DNA of 64,000 nt from Patescibacteria group bacterium (lineage in GTDB: Bacteria > Patescibacteriota > Patescibacteriia > PEXW01). The notes beneath the pieces were generated by a model that saw only the letters and a list, made by a program, of their open reading frames with translations, was not told the origin of the DNA and made no database searches. Both the position numbers and the translations under genes were made by a program. Positions 39,071 to 48,518 of the stretch are shown piece after piece (positions within the stretch are counted from its first letter, which is position 1; each line of letters opens with the position of its first letter). Location: assembly GCA_041671325.1 (NCBI GenBank), contig JBAZBR010000001.1, positions 153,771-217,770 on the forward strand, read 5' to 3'.

Positions 39071-39270
39071 TGGAGCCAGCGGTCCCGCGGCCGCGGGACG
39101 ACCTCTGCTTTACCTGCCCACCGTACTTCGCTTGGCGAAGGCAGGCGGGCGAAAGCATTGCTCTTCCGGGGAGTTCGGATCCCGTAAGCGGGATAGCCTC
39201 ACTCCCGTCTTGGCTCTCGCAAACTCAAGCAGTTGAGTTTGCTCGTCGCCTCGACCCAACTGAGCTAGAT
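39071..39270 (-). pseudogene. degenerate tRNA-Thr(CGT)-like copy immediately downstream (minus strand) of the intact gene. It has a 95-nt D-loop insertion, a 37-nt anticodon-loop insertion and the same palindromic T-arm and tail as the 34445-34688 pseudo-tRNA.
   Basis: The minus-strand read is ctagctcagttgg[ins]gagcaatgctttcg[cccgcctgccttcgccaagcgaagtacggtgggcagg]taaagcagaggtcgtcccgcggccgcgggaccgctggctcca. The 34-nt tail is identical to 34655-34688. Confidence 0.55.
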
Positions 39271-39346
39271 TGGAGCCACCCGTCGGAGTCGAACCGACGA
39301 CCTCTGCTTTACGAAAGCATTGCTCTACCAACTGAGCTAGGGTGGC
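39271..39346 (-). tRNA. tRNA-Thr (anticodon CGT)
   Basis: The cloverleaf was folded by hand on the minus strand, with anticodon loop ttCGTaa. A CCA end is encoded. Confidence 0.8.
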
Positions 39347-39361
39347 ATAAGATATGACGCG

Positions 39362-39435
39362 TGGAGCGGGTAACGGGAATCGGACCCGTATCTCATCCTT
39401 GGGAAGGATATGTACTACCACTGTACTATACCCGC
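39362..39435 (-). tRNA. tRNA-Gly (anticodon CCC)
   Basis: The cloverleaf was folded by hand on the minus strand, with acceptor gcgggta/tacccgc and anticodon loop ttCCCaa. Confidence 0.75.
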
Positions 39436-39456
39436 CTGCAATCAGGATTTTAAACA

Positions 39457-41442
39457 ATGTATGGATATATGACAAGCTTAAAAAAACTTTCATTCGCCAT
39501 TTGCGCCTTTTTAGTGATTTTTTTGCCAATCAAAGTTTTTGCGGCTGAACCAACGATAATTGACGTTGAAAGCGATTTCGCAGTCCGCGGCAGGGAATAT
39601 AAAATTGGAGAAGAATTCACTTTAGGTTTAAGACCCGACCTTTTTTCCTCTCCAGCCAGGATTACCATCACCCCGGAAGCTACTTTACCATTAGCCCTGC
39701 CTCCTAGGTATGAAGAGGCTGGCAAGCGTTATGAGTTAGTAATTGACGCGGCAGATGAAGGTGTGATGGCGGCAGATGCCATGTGGTTAAAAGTTTTAAG
39801 CGCTCCAAAAGCTGGGACAGAAACAGTTTTATTAGGCTTTAATTTTTCCAAACAAATTTGGGAATTTTTGGGACGTGGTGCGGACGCTCAGAATTTTATT
39901 AAAGGATCAACAAAACAACTGCATACTGTAATTGTAGCGGCAGCAGATTTATTTACCGTTCCAGGGAATTTTGGCAGTGATTTAATTGTTAATTCAAAAA
40001 CACAAGTTATAGATTTATCATCCCAATCAGTATTAAATTTTAAATTTGAAAATCTGCAATTTACTTTACCGAGTTCAACTATCAGCCAGAATGCGAGTTT
40101 AATAGTAATTCCAAATGTCGTTAGTCCTTTAATTTTACCGAGTCGATTTAAGGCCCGAACTTCATATTATCAGATAGCTCTACGTCAGCCCGGTGGGATA
40201 AAAATCCGGCCAACCGCTCCAATTACAATTTCGCCGACTTTAGCCAAGAACGGTTTTTTTGAACAAAAAGTTTTAATTTATAATGCCACCCATAAAACCT
40301 GGGAAACAGCCATTAAAAACCGTGTACCCAATCCAGAATCAATTTTTTTAATTGTTGATGATTTGGGCGAAGAGCAGGGGATAGCCAGTTGGTATTCAAG
40401 CAAAAAGTATCCTGATGGCGTAGCTCATAATCGTTATCCCATGGGTACTAAGCTAAAAGTCACAAATATCGAAAATAACAAATCAACCATCGTTAAAGTC
40501 GTCTCACGGGGACCGTACATTCGCGGTCGGGTTATTGATATGGTTTATACGGCATTTAAAAAGATAAAAGGCAAAAATGGCGGGGTAGCCACGGTCAAGG
40601 TTGCGGTTGTCGATTTGAAAGTTTTAGGCGAAACCATTGCAAAAACTGAAACACAATTAAATCCGGTTCCCACAGATGTCAATTCCAAGGAGCCTATTAA
40701 GCTTCCAATTTCGAGTACTGCTGGTGCAGTTTATGATGTTGATAATAAGGTCTTTGTGGCAATAAAAAATTCAGATGAAGCCCATCCAATCGCCAGCCTG
40801 TCCAAATTAATGACAGCTTTAGTTTATCTTGATCGCAAACCAACCTTTAGGAATAAAGTCACTTATCAAAAATCAGATTCAGCAATATGCGCTTGTCTGT
40901 ATGTGTCACCAGGCGAAACTTTAACAACCAAAGATTTGTGGAATGCCATGCTGATCGGTTCGGCAAATAACGCAGTTAAAGCGTTAGTCAGGTCAACGAA
41001 ATTATCAGAAGCAGAGTTTGTAAAACTAATGAACGAGAAGGCAAAGGCCTTGGGCCTTAACACCCTAACTTTTGCCGATCCAACCGGCTTAGATCCAGCA
41101 AACCAGGGCTCAGCTGCGGATATGGCAAAACTTGCCGCCATTGCTTTTTCTCGCCCAGAAATTGCCAATACGACCATTAAAAAAAGCTATACTTTTTCAA
41201 CCCTTAATACCAAAAGAAGCCATACCATAACCAACCGTAACCAGATTTTAACCAGTGGCTGGCAAGTAACCGGGACAAAAACTGGATATATAGAAGAATC
41301 AGGTTTTTGCTTAATCGGCCAGGTAAAAGGCAAGACCACAAACCGGAATTTAGTCGTGGTCACTTTGGGGGCCCAATCAAAAGCCCTGCATTATACTGAA
41401 ATGGAAAATTCATTTAGCATTGGTTTTGCAAATATTCAATGA
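39457..41442 (+). CDS. secreted cell-wall enzyme with an RlpA-like double-psi beta-barrel domain and a D-alanyl-D-alanine carboxypeptidase (S11, PBP5-like) domain
   Basis: It has a signal peptide, a DPBB-like region WYSSKKYPDGVAHNRYPMGTKLKVTN, an SxxK motif IASLSKLMTA and a serine-carboxypeptidase region. Confidence 0.65.
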   Translation: MYGYMTSLKKLSFAICAFLVIFLPIKVFAAEPTIIDVESDFAVRGREYKIGEEFTLGLRPDLFSSPARITITPEATLPLALPPRYEEAGKRYELVIDAADEGVMAADAMWLKVLSAPKAGTETVLLGFNFSKQIWEFLGRGADAQNFIKGSTKQLHTVIVAAADLFTVPGNFGSDLIVNSKTQVIDLSSQSVLNFKFENLQFTLPSSTISQNASLIVIPNVVSPLILPSRFKARTSYYQIALRQPGGIKIRPTAPITISPTLAKNGFFEQKVLIYNATHKTWETAIKNRVPNPESIFLIVDDLGEEQGIASWYSSKKYPDGVAHNRYPMGTKLKVTNIENNKSTIVKVVSRGPYIRGRVIDMVYTAFKKIKGKNGGVATVKVAVVDLKVLGETIAKTETQLNPVPTDVNSKEPIKLPISSTAGAVYDVDNKVFVAIKNSDEAHPIASLSKLMTALVYLDRKPTFRNKVTYQKSDSAICACLYVSPGETLTTKDLWNAMLIGSANNAVKALVRSTKLSEAEFVKLMNEKAKALGLNTLTFADPTGLDPANQGSAADMAKLAAIAFSRPEIANTTIKKSYTFSTLNTKRSHTITNRNQILTSGWQVTGTKTGYIEESGFCLIGQVKGKTTNRNLVVVTLGAQSKALHYTEMENSFSIGFANIQ

Positions 41443-42119
41443 TTACTTTTGAAAAGGTTTCCAAAATTTACCCTCATAATGTCATTGCCCTAAAAGACAT
41501 AAACCTTACCATTGAACCCGGCGAGTTAGTTTCTATTGTTGGCCAATCCGGCACGGGCAAGACCACTTTAGCAAAAATGATCATTGCCGAAGAGCATGCT
41601 TCAGAAGGCCGGGTAATTATCGGTGATTGGGATATTACGAATATAAACACTAAGGACGTACCGCTTTTACGCCGGCAGATTGGTGTGGTGTTCCAGGATT
41701 TTAAGCTTTTGCCCCAGAAGACCTTATTTGAAAATGTAGCTTTTGCCTTGGAGGTATCCGGGGCTTCCCATAGCAAAATTCAGCAAATCGTTCCGCAAGT
41801 TTTAAAAATAGTCGGTCTGCAACAAAAGCAAGACCGTTTTCCAAGGGAGGTTTCTGGTGGCGAGCAGCAGCGCGTGGTTATTGCCCGAGCCTTGGTCCAT
41901 CGCCCAAAAATTTTAGTTGCGGATGAACCAACCGGCAATCTTGACGCGATTAATGCCCATGAGATTGTTGAATTACTGCTCAAAATCAATAGTTTTGGAA
42001 CAACCGTTGTTTTGGTAACCCACAATCGGGAAATCGTAAACGGCCTTCGAAAAAGAGTTATAACCCTTGATCACGGCCACTTGGTCTCAGATCAAGCTAC
42101 AGGGAAATATCGATTATGA
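41439..42119 (+). CDS. ftsE: cell-division ABC transporter ATP-binding protein FtsE
   Basis: It has a Walker A motif GQSGTGKTT, an ABC signature LSGGEQQR and a Walker B motif. It is followed by ftsX. Confidence 0.85.
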   Translation: MITFEKVSKIYPHNVIALKDINLTIEPGELVSIVGQSGTGKTTLAKMIIAEEHASEGRVIIGDWDITNINTKDVPLLRRQIGVVFQDFKLLPQKTLFENVAFALEVSGASHSKIQQIVPQVLKIVGLQQKQDRFPREVSGGEQQRVVIARALVHRPKILVADEPTGNLDAINAHEIVELLLKINSFGTTVVLVTHNREIVNGLRKRVITLDHGHLVSDQATGKYRL

Positions 42120-43042
42120 TAGCCTTACAAACCAGTCGTGCCATCAAATTTGCCATTCAGAATTTCCGCAGGAACCTTTGGCTTTCCATTGTAACCATAA
42201 TTATCGTCGCGGTTGCGGTTTTTTCAATAAGTTTAGTATCGGCTTTAAATGTTTTGGGCGGGCGGGCTTTGCAGACCGTTGAAAAGAAAGTTGATGTCAC
42301 CTTGGAATTAAAAACTGATGTCACTGAAGATCAAGCGCTTGCTTTTAAGGGAAGATTGGAAGCCCTACCCAACATCCAAAGTATTGTGTATCAAAGCAAA
42401 ACCCAAGCTTTTGAGAATTTCAAGCAAATCCATAAAGACGATCCAAACATTCAAGCTTTATTGGCTGAACTTACGGAAAACCCCTTGCCTGCAAACATAA
42501 TCATTAAGGCAAAAAAAATCACCGACTTTGAGCAAATCATGAAGTTTGTGGACATTGATGAAAATATTAAATTAATTGCGGATAAAGACAGGGATTTTCA
42601 GGATAGCCAGACTGTCATAACAAAATTGACCCAAATTACCGATCGCATCAGGGAAATCGGGATTTTAGTTAGCGGGGTATTTGCCCTGCTGTCTTTAATT
42701 GTTTTATTCAATACTATCCGAATTGCCATTTACACCCATCGGGAAGAGATTGGGATAATGAGATTGGTTGGCGCTTCGAATGGTTTTATCCGTTCACCGT
42801 TTATAATTGAAAGCATTATTTATAGCATCATTGGCGCAGGCATTGCTTTGGCAGTAATTATCGTTCTTTGGCAAAGCGCGGCGCCGGCGGTATACAGGTT
42901 TTTCTTTGTTGGAACAGACGTGAGTGTCAGCAATATTTTAAAACAGGAATTTTGGGCAATTCTTGGCTGGGAGTTTATTGGCGCAATAATCTTGAGCACT
43001 TTAAGCGCTTGGATTGCCGCTCGGAGGTACTTGAAAGTCTGA
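42116..43042 (+). CDS. ftsX: cell-division permease FtsX
   Basis: It has 4 TM helices with a large first periplasmic loop, overlaps ftsE, and has the typical FtsX length. Confidence 0.8.
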   Translation: MIALQTSRAIKFAIQNFRRNLWLSIVTIIIVAVAVFSISLVSALNVLGGRALQTVEKKVDVTLELKTDVTEDQALAFKGRLEALPNIQSIVYQSKTQAFENFKQIHKDDPNIQALLAELTENPLPANIIIKAKKITDFEQIMKFVDIDENIKLIADKDRDFQDSQTVITKLTQITDRIREIGILVSGVFALLSLIVLFNTIRIAIYTHREEIGIMRLVGASNGFIRSPFIIESIIYSIIGAGIALAVIIVLWQSAAPAVYRFFFVGTDVSVSNILKQEFWAILGWEFIGAIILSTLSAWIAARRYLKV

Positions 43043-43069
43043 GAAAATTAATTTAATCTAGTGAATCAT

Positions 43070-43161
43070 TCCGGGATCGTCTTCCGCCAGAGGCGGATTA
43101 AGAAAATGGTAGGACAGCGGCCTTTTCCGCCCTAGGCGGACTCGCCTCCGGCGAGGAAGCC
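43070..43161 (+). pseudogene. degenerate tRNA-Gln 5' half with a hairpin insertion in the D-loop and two hairpins after the anticodon position. It lies upstream of a GIY-YIG gene.
   Basis: tccgggatcgtc[ttccgccagaggcggattaagaaaa]tggtaggacagcggcctttt[ccgccctaggcgg actcgcctccggcgagg]aagcc parallels intact tRNA-Gln positions 1-38. Confidence 0.55.
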
Positions 43162-43173
43162 AAGATATAATTT

Positions 43174-43371
43174 ATGTATTACGTTTACGTATTACTAAGT
43201 CATAAAGATAGAACAAGATATATTGGTTATTCTTCAAAAGAACCACATATTCGTCTCGCTGAACATAATAGTAGCAAAGGAATGTTTACACGTGGTCATC
43301 AACCCTGGATACTGACTTATTATGAAGAATTTGAACAGATAAAGACTGCTCGTGAGCGTGAGTTATTCTAA
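43174..43371 (+). CDS. GIY-YIG nuclease family protein (65 aa)
   Basis: It has an YVYVLLS...RTRYIGYS GIY-YIG core. Confidence 0.65.
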   Translation: MYYVYVLLSHKDRTRYIGYSSKEPHIRLAEHNSSKGMFTRGHQPWILTYYEEFEQIKTARERELF

Positions 43372-43425
43372 AAAAAGCGGCCAGGGCAGGAAATGGCTTG
43401 ACGACAAGTTTAAAAAATAATTTAT

Positions 43426-43499
43426 TCCGGGATCGTCTAATGGTAGGACAGCGGCCTTTGAAGCCGTTTATCTTGGTTCGAATCCAGGTCCCGGAGCCA
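43426..43499 (+). tRNA. tRNA-Gln (anticodon TTG)
   Basis: The cloverleaf was folded by hand, with acceptor tccggga/tcccgga, anticodon loop ctTTGaa and T-loop ttcgaat. Confidence 0.8.
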
Positions 43500-45080
43500 A
43501 TGTGCACGAAGCGACCGCTCTGGGTCGTTTTGTGCTGTAGTTGCAAAGGATTTCTTTGGTTCTAACATAGTCATTACTCGCTCTGCATTCTGATCAAGAT
43601 TTTTCACCGCAAACAGGAGAATGTCCAATGAAAGGTGGAGCTTTCCGTCCTTTAAAGAAAAGTTCGAACCTAGCGTTGTAAAAATCTCTTTTTTCACCTC
43701 AAGGCTTCCCGTAGCGAATACGCGCCGTGCTTTCTCTGCAAAGTTGATGCCCCGCTCGGCAATCCCCAGCCAATTTTCAATCCGCTTGTCCGTATCTTTC
43801 AAGAATTCCTGCATACGGTCTTTCTCTTTTAGTAAGGCAACCTTCCTGCCTCGAAACTCCACCTCATCAATCTCACTGTTTGCCCGCATGTCAATGAGGT
43901 TATCAAGCTTCTTCACGCACGATTCGTACTCTCGACGTTGGTTGCCGTAAACACGTTCCCGGTCCACTACTTCAAGCTTGTGCATTTCCCGGAGCCTCGC
44001 AATAGCCCAGTCTCGAAAATCCTCTTTGATTTCTAATTTACCAAGTTCAGTGGCAATCTGCTTTTCCACTTCACCTTCCTCAAGGGACTTTTGGGTGCAG
44101 TTCGGGTACTTCCGCTTCGTGCAGTGGTAGTAAATGTAGTGTTGGACGGTTCCATCAGCGAGGCGTTTCGTTTTCTCTTCAGCCGTGACCATTGCACCGC
44201 ACTCGCCACAGCGGATTGGGCCACGGTAAGGAAAGTCATGCGTCTTTGAGCGCTGGGGTGACGGGCGGCCAAGGAGTTCCTGAATGCGTTCAAACTCCTC
44301 TCGGTTAATCATTGCTTTGTGAATACCTTTATGCCAGTTGCCGCTACCCTTGGGATACTCGAACTCCCCATAGTAGAACGTATTTGTGAAAATGTTGTAG
44401 ATGGAGCTTCGACAAATTGGGGTGCCATAAGTGCCCCTAAGTTTCCACTCATCAGCCGCAATTTGCTGGATGCGTGGCGGAGAGTAGTTACCCGTAAGCA
44501 TGAGATCAAACATCTTTCGCACCAGGCCAAAGCGCTCCGGGTCGGGTGTAATAGTTTTCATGCCTTTGGTCATGTACATTTCGTTTTTATAACCCAGGGG
44601 TGCGGGAGCGGGCAGTACTCCCATTTGTGCTTTTTGAACCAAACCACGCTTCACATCCCTGCCTTTCTTGGCGCTCTCATACTGCGACTGCGAAAGCGCC
44701 AGTTGTAGCATCCAGATACCTTCAGGCGAGTTATTCTCAAAGTGGTAGGTGGCCAGCTTGAGGTCTTTGATGATGCCCTCACGTAACATGTAGGTAATAC
44801 TACTCGCGTCAACTTCATTGCGAGAAAGACGATCTGGATGCCACGCGAGTAAGCCCTGGCGTTCGCCCTTCCGAATACGTTCCAACATCTTGGTAAAAGC
44901 AGGGCGATTATACGGGTGAAAGGCACTGGCCTTGTCCTCAACGAATTCAATATCGAGGTCAGCAAAGACCTCAGTGAGCTTATTCTTTTGCGCAGGGATA
45001 GATAACGCCTGTCGCTCTTTTCCTTCAGAGGACTTACGTACGTAAGCGAAGTATTTAGTTGTTTTGCCGTGTGGATCCAT
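43437..45080 (-). CDS. large serine recombinase (resolvase N-terminal domain, recombinase domain and zinc ribbon). Its 3' end overlaps tRNA-Gln.
   Basis: It has an N-terminal YVRKSS...RQ.LSI catalytic Ser region, a YYHCTKRK...NCTQ zinc-ribbon region and a length of about 547 aa. It is a paralog of 58183..59859. Confidence 0.8.
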   Translation of the reverse strand: MDPHGKTTKYFAYVRKSSEGKERQALSIPAQKNKLTEVFADLDIEFVEDKASAFHPYNRPAFTKMLERIRKGERQGLLAWHPDRLSRNEVDASSITYMLREGIIKDLKLATYHFENNSPEGIWMLQLALSQSQYESAKKGRDVKRGLVQKAQMGVLPAPAPLGYKNEMYMTKGMKTITPDPERFGLVRKMFDLMLTGNYSPPRIQQIAADEWKLRGTYGTPICRSSIYNIFTNTFYYGEFEYPKGSGNWHKGIHKAMINREEFERIQELLGRPSPQRSKTHDFPYRGPIRCGECGAMVTAEEKTKRLADGTVQHYIYYHCTKRKYPNCTQKSLEEGEVEKQIATELGKLEIKEDFRDWAIARLREMHKLEVVDRERVYGNQRREYESCVKKLDNLIDMRANSEIDEVEFRGRKVALLKEKDRMQEFLKDTDKRIENWLGIAERGINFAEKARRVFATGSLEVKKEIFTTLGSNFSLKDGKLHLSLDILLFAVKNLDQNAERVMTMLEPKKSFATTAQNDPERSLRAHWLRDLDSNQDKRLQRPLSYH

Positions 45081-45121
45081 AAACCTTTTAATAGGATAGC
45101 TTAGTTGCGTTATAGCACTTT

Positions 45122-45751
45122 TTATATTTCAAGGTTAGTATAGCTTCTAGACGCCTGTTCGTAGAGCCTATACAGACGTTGTTGTTTTTTTGTGGGCTTT
45201 CCGGCGTAGTATGGGTTTTTTATTTTCTCCTGAAGTTCATACATTTTCTTGTGCATCATAAGAGTATTGAAGAGCGAAAAGTATTTACTACGTCGGTTTT
45301 CATTTCTGGAACTGTAGGTGAGATTGTAACAATGCCGGCAGGCGAAAAAAGTGCCAATTTGGTAGAGAACCCCCACCCGTCGACCGCAGTAATGACCATT
45401 GGAGAAGAATGGGCAACGAAACCAATATCGTTTACCCCCGTATCGGCATACCGTGGTAGTAAGAGGTACCCGACAGTCAAAAGCCTTCTCATCGCCATTG
45501 GGGTCGGTCTGTGCATAGGTTAAAAGTATATAAGCATTTTCACCAAGTGCCGAGACAGCGAGGTGGGTACTACTTTCCTCACCAGTGTAACCGTTGGTCC
45601 AGGTCATGGTCGCTGTTCTCCCGCTGGAAAGAAGGCCATTATGTTTGAGCACGTTAATAGATAGCTTCTTTAACCGATCTGCCTCGATTTTGCGTAAAAT
45701 CGTTATCCTATAATTACCGAAATCATTTGAGATTGGGGTCGGTTGCGGCAT
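45122..45751 (-). CDS. hypothetical Cys-rich (zinc-ribbon-like) protein
   Basis: It is an ORF with CRYGGKRYWFRCP...CRHC and lies between the recombinase and the primase. Confidence 0.45.
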   Translation of the reverse strand: MPQPTPISNDFGNYRITILRKIEADRLKKLSINVLKHNGLLSSGRTATMTWTNGYTGEESSTHLAVSALGENAYILLTYAQTDPNGDEKAFDCRVPLTTTVCRYGGKRYWFRCPFFSNGHYCGRRVGVLYQIGTFFACRHCYNLTYSSRNENRRSKYFSLFNTLMMHKKMYELQEKIKNPYYAGKPTKKQQRLYRLYEQASRSYTNLEI

Positions 45752-47940
45752 TAAAGTAATTTTTCAGTTACATTTACCCCACCCTTCGTCTCACTATTAT
45801 TGCCAGGAGGATTAGCCGTCAAATCGTTGGCGTCTTTACTACCATCAGAATTTTGAAAGTGGGAGGATGGGAAAATCAAGATTTTCCGTTTATCATCGGG
45901 ATCTTGCTCCTGGATGATAAGCCCGGCCGTCTCCAACATTGGCAGTATTTGCTGACGGAGCTGATGCGTGTCCAGCATCCGTCCGTAGACGGCGAAGTGT
46001 TTACTTAGCACCTCTTGGCGGGTAACTCCGACTGTACCTACGACTTTCTCTATTCCGTCTTGCCCTACATTTTTTTCCTCCCAAGCAGGAAAAATTATGT
46101 CTTTATAGAGGTCGTAAATGTAGGGTGGCAAATTGAGTTCCTGGCTTACAGAGATTTTATCCCAGAGCATGAAGGCCGCATCAATATCTTCATTATTAGC
46201 CATGATGGTTGAGTCTGTCTGTTCCCGCCACCAGATATTAAGGAGGGCAAACGCTTTAATAAGGGAGAGAAGTCGTTTGATGTCCCGTTGGTGACGCGGT
46301 TTGAGGAACTGATGATCGCCAAGGAAGCGTTTCTCTATCCTCTCCGGTGATACGATATTTATTTCCTTTGCATTCTCCAGCTTGATGGCACGGATGCGTT
46401 CTTTGAGCAAGATGCGTCCTGGATCCGCCTCTAGCCAGCTCGTGAAGCTTTCGCTGTTTGCTTCTTTGCGAATAACGGCGCTAATACCCTCGTGAATTTT
46501 TTCCTGATTAACCTCTGGCGAGAGTAGAAGAAAGCGGGTTGCTTCTTGCTCATCTATACGGAGTCCCGCGGTACAAAAGATGACTGACGGAAAACCTTTA
46601 ATAATTACAGTCTTGGTTCGGTTGCCACCTTTTTCATTTTTGTCGGTTATTTTGGATTGCATCTCTTTTTCGTCATGGGACAAAAGAGATCGTAATCGCT
46701 CTAGAAGATCGGCATGAGGTTGATCTAGAAAAATGATTATTTTCCTCGATAAATCCACTACGATTGTATTCGTATCCTTGTCAAACTCACCTTGCTCGTG
46801 AAAAAAAGCGTTGGGTGAGCAGTTGCCCAATTTCATAACATCTTGATTTGGAAACAAATTGGAGATTTCCAGTGGGATGTAGCTTTTCCCCGTTGAGGAT
46901 GGTGCGTTGTAACTGATGTTGAATTGGGCGTTTTCGGTGTATGCAGACAATTCACATAAGAACGTGGCGAGCTTGTTTTCTGCGTCGTGTTTAATGGTCA
47001 ACCCAAGCGTTGCAAGGAGCTGATTGACTGTGAGCGGCGTGAACTTGCTAGTATCAATCCGTTCGGGATACGGTTTCGCGTACTTGGAGAATAGGTCCTC
47101 AACCGTGCCATTCAGCTTAGTGAAGTAATCAGTTACATCCCCCCCATCGCCGACCTCCGGCGGAAGGGTGATGATGAATGTTTCTACTTTTCCGCCATCT
47201 TCAACCATTTTTGCGGTTCGCTCTGCGCCCTTTCGACCAGCATTATCGTTGTCGAAGCATACATAAACCTCCTTGAGGTTTTGGATACGTTCTGCCCATT
47301 CTTTATTGAACGTCATTGCCCCATGAGTCGAAGTAACAGCTAAAACACCTTTGGAGATGAGTAAGAGTCTGTCTAGTTCTCCCTCACACACCACCAGAGG
47401 GCTATCTGAAGTTTCTAGAGCTCCCCAGTCATACAGTTGGGCTTCCACCCCACTGGGGTAGGTCATTTTGTCATTCCCAAATGCTGGATCCTGTCGGAGC
47501 TTAAAAAAGACGTAATTCCCGTAGGTATCCTTGATGGGTATGGTAATCCACTGCTTACGGTAGAATTGCCCGTAGCCGAGCTTGTAGGCGTCAATTACAG
47601 CGTCTGTAAGCCCCCGCTCGTGTAGGTATTCACGAATATGAATTGGGAGTGCCTGGTGGTACTTCTCAACCTTGTCTGTAACAGAGTTGATCGTCCGGCG
47701 AGGGCGTGACTCCTCGTCGCCCAGATGTTTGCGGAGGGTTTGGAGATTACCTTGTGCGCCACACTTCTTGCAGTCGTACTGCCCGGTTTCGGTATTGAAG
47801 TACAAGTGCGCCTCTCCGTTCCTGCTATCCTTGTCGCACTCGTTTAATAGGCATTTCGTGATGAGTTCGTTGCCACTCTCGCGGAATGCGATACCCTTCT
47901 GGGCTAGGTACTCGCGGATGGTAATTGTCTGTAGGGTCAT
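45751..47940 (-). CDS. phage/plasmid-type DNA primase-helicase (zinc finger, Toprim and P-loop region)
   Basis: It has an N-terminal CxxC...CxxC zinc finger, a Toprim-like EGELDRLLL...TSTHG region and a Walker-A-like PSSTGKSY motif. It is 729 aa. Confidence 0.6.
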   Translation of the reverse strand: MTLQTITIREYLAQKGIAFRESGNELITKCLLNECDKDSRNGEAHLYFNTETGQYDCKKCGAQGNLQTLRKHLGDEESRPRRTINSVTDKVEKYHQALPIHIREYLHERGLTDAVIDAYKLGYGQFYRKQWITIPIKDTYGNYVFFKLRQDPAFGNDKMTYPSGVEAQLYDWGALETSDSPLVVCEGELDRLLLISKGVLAVTSTHGAMTFNKEWAERIQNLKEVYVCFDNDNAGRKGAERTAKMVEDGGKVETFIITLPPEVGDGGDVTDYFTKLNGTVEDLFSKYAKPYPERIDTSKFTPLTVNQLLATLGLTIKHDAENKLATFLCELSAYTENAQFNISYNAPSSTGKSYIPLEISNLFPNQDVMKLGNCSPNAFFHEQGEFDKDTNTIVVDLSRKIIIFLDQPHADLLERLRSLLSHDEKEMQSKITDKNEKGGNRTKTVIIKGFPSVIFCTAGLRIDEQEATRFLLLSPEVNQEKIHEGISAVIRKEANSESFTSWLEADPGRILLKERIRAIKLENAKEINIVSPERIEKRFLGDHQFLKPRHQRDIKRLLSLIKAFALLNIWWREQTDSTIMANNEDIDAAFMLWDKISVSQELNLPPYIYDLYKDIIFPAWEEKNVGQDGIEKVVGTVGVTRQEVLSKHFAVYGRMLDTHQLRQQILPMLETAGLIIQEQDPDDKRKILIFPSSHFQNSDGSKDANDLTANPPGNNSETKGGVNVTEKLL

Positions 47941-48125
47941 AGTGGGTAATGTTTAGTGAGTGAGGGGTTGGGGAAAGTTCTTTGCGCTTTCTTTCAGGAC
48001 AACCTCCATTAGGCGGATGAGTCGTAGTCCCTTCTCCAGTGCTTCCTCCTTGGTGAGGTCCACACCAAAGTGCTTGCGGTAGAGCATTTGGAACTCGGTA
48101 AGGTGGTCGTCCGTGAGCTGCATGG

Positions 48126-48419
48126 CTATTCGGAGTAGAGCCGATTTTTTAGCATTTTGAGGGTGTCGAAGTACTGTAATGCAGAGATTTTGAGTTCACC
48201 CGCCCAATATTTATTTATAGCCTCGTCGATTCCTTCCTTACGTTTGAAGACAAAAAGTGCCTTCCGTGGGTTCGTTTTATCGAGCGTTACAAGTTCAAAA
48301 CCTGAACAGAGGAGCGCGGAACAAGCGCCCATGTCAAAGGACCTTAGAAGATGCTCTTGGTTGTCAAGCGGAATGTGGCGGATCTCTTCCGGGGGTATGC
48401 TCTTCTGTCCTTGAGTCAT
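48126..48419 (-). CDS. hypothetical protein
   Basis: It is an ORF in the mobile region. Confidence 0.35.
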   Translation of the reverse strand: MTQGQKSIPPEEIRHIPLDNQEHLLRSFDMGACSALLCSGFELVTLDKTNPRKALFVFKRKEGIDEAINKYWAGELKISALQYFDTLKMLKNRLYSE

Positions 48420-48518
48420 AAATATTTAGGTAATAAAAAAATAGCGTAATCTACTTTAAAGTTACGCGTTAGCTGTTTTGTTGTCGTTGTAGGCTTATTG
48501 GGTCATATCATTTCTGAC

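Noticed and set aside
38963-39529. ORFs 38963..39187 +, 39040..39357 + and 39110..39529 - across the tRNA-Thr/Gly region
   Set aside because: They overlap two intact tRNA genes and palindromic repeats. They have no ribosome-binding sites and are Arg/Gly-rich translations of GC-rich structured DNA.
43062-43499. Group I intron with GIY-YIG homing endonuclease inside tRNA-Gln
   Set aside because: The interruption is only about 360 nt in total. It lacks space for P3-P9 catalytic core helices. There is no separate 3' exon, since a complete tRNA-Gln follows instead.
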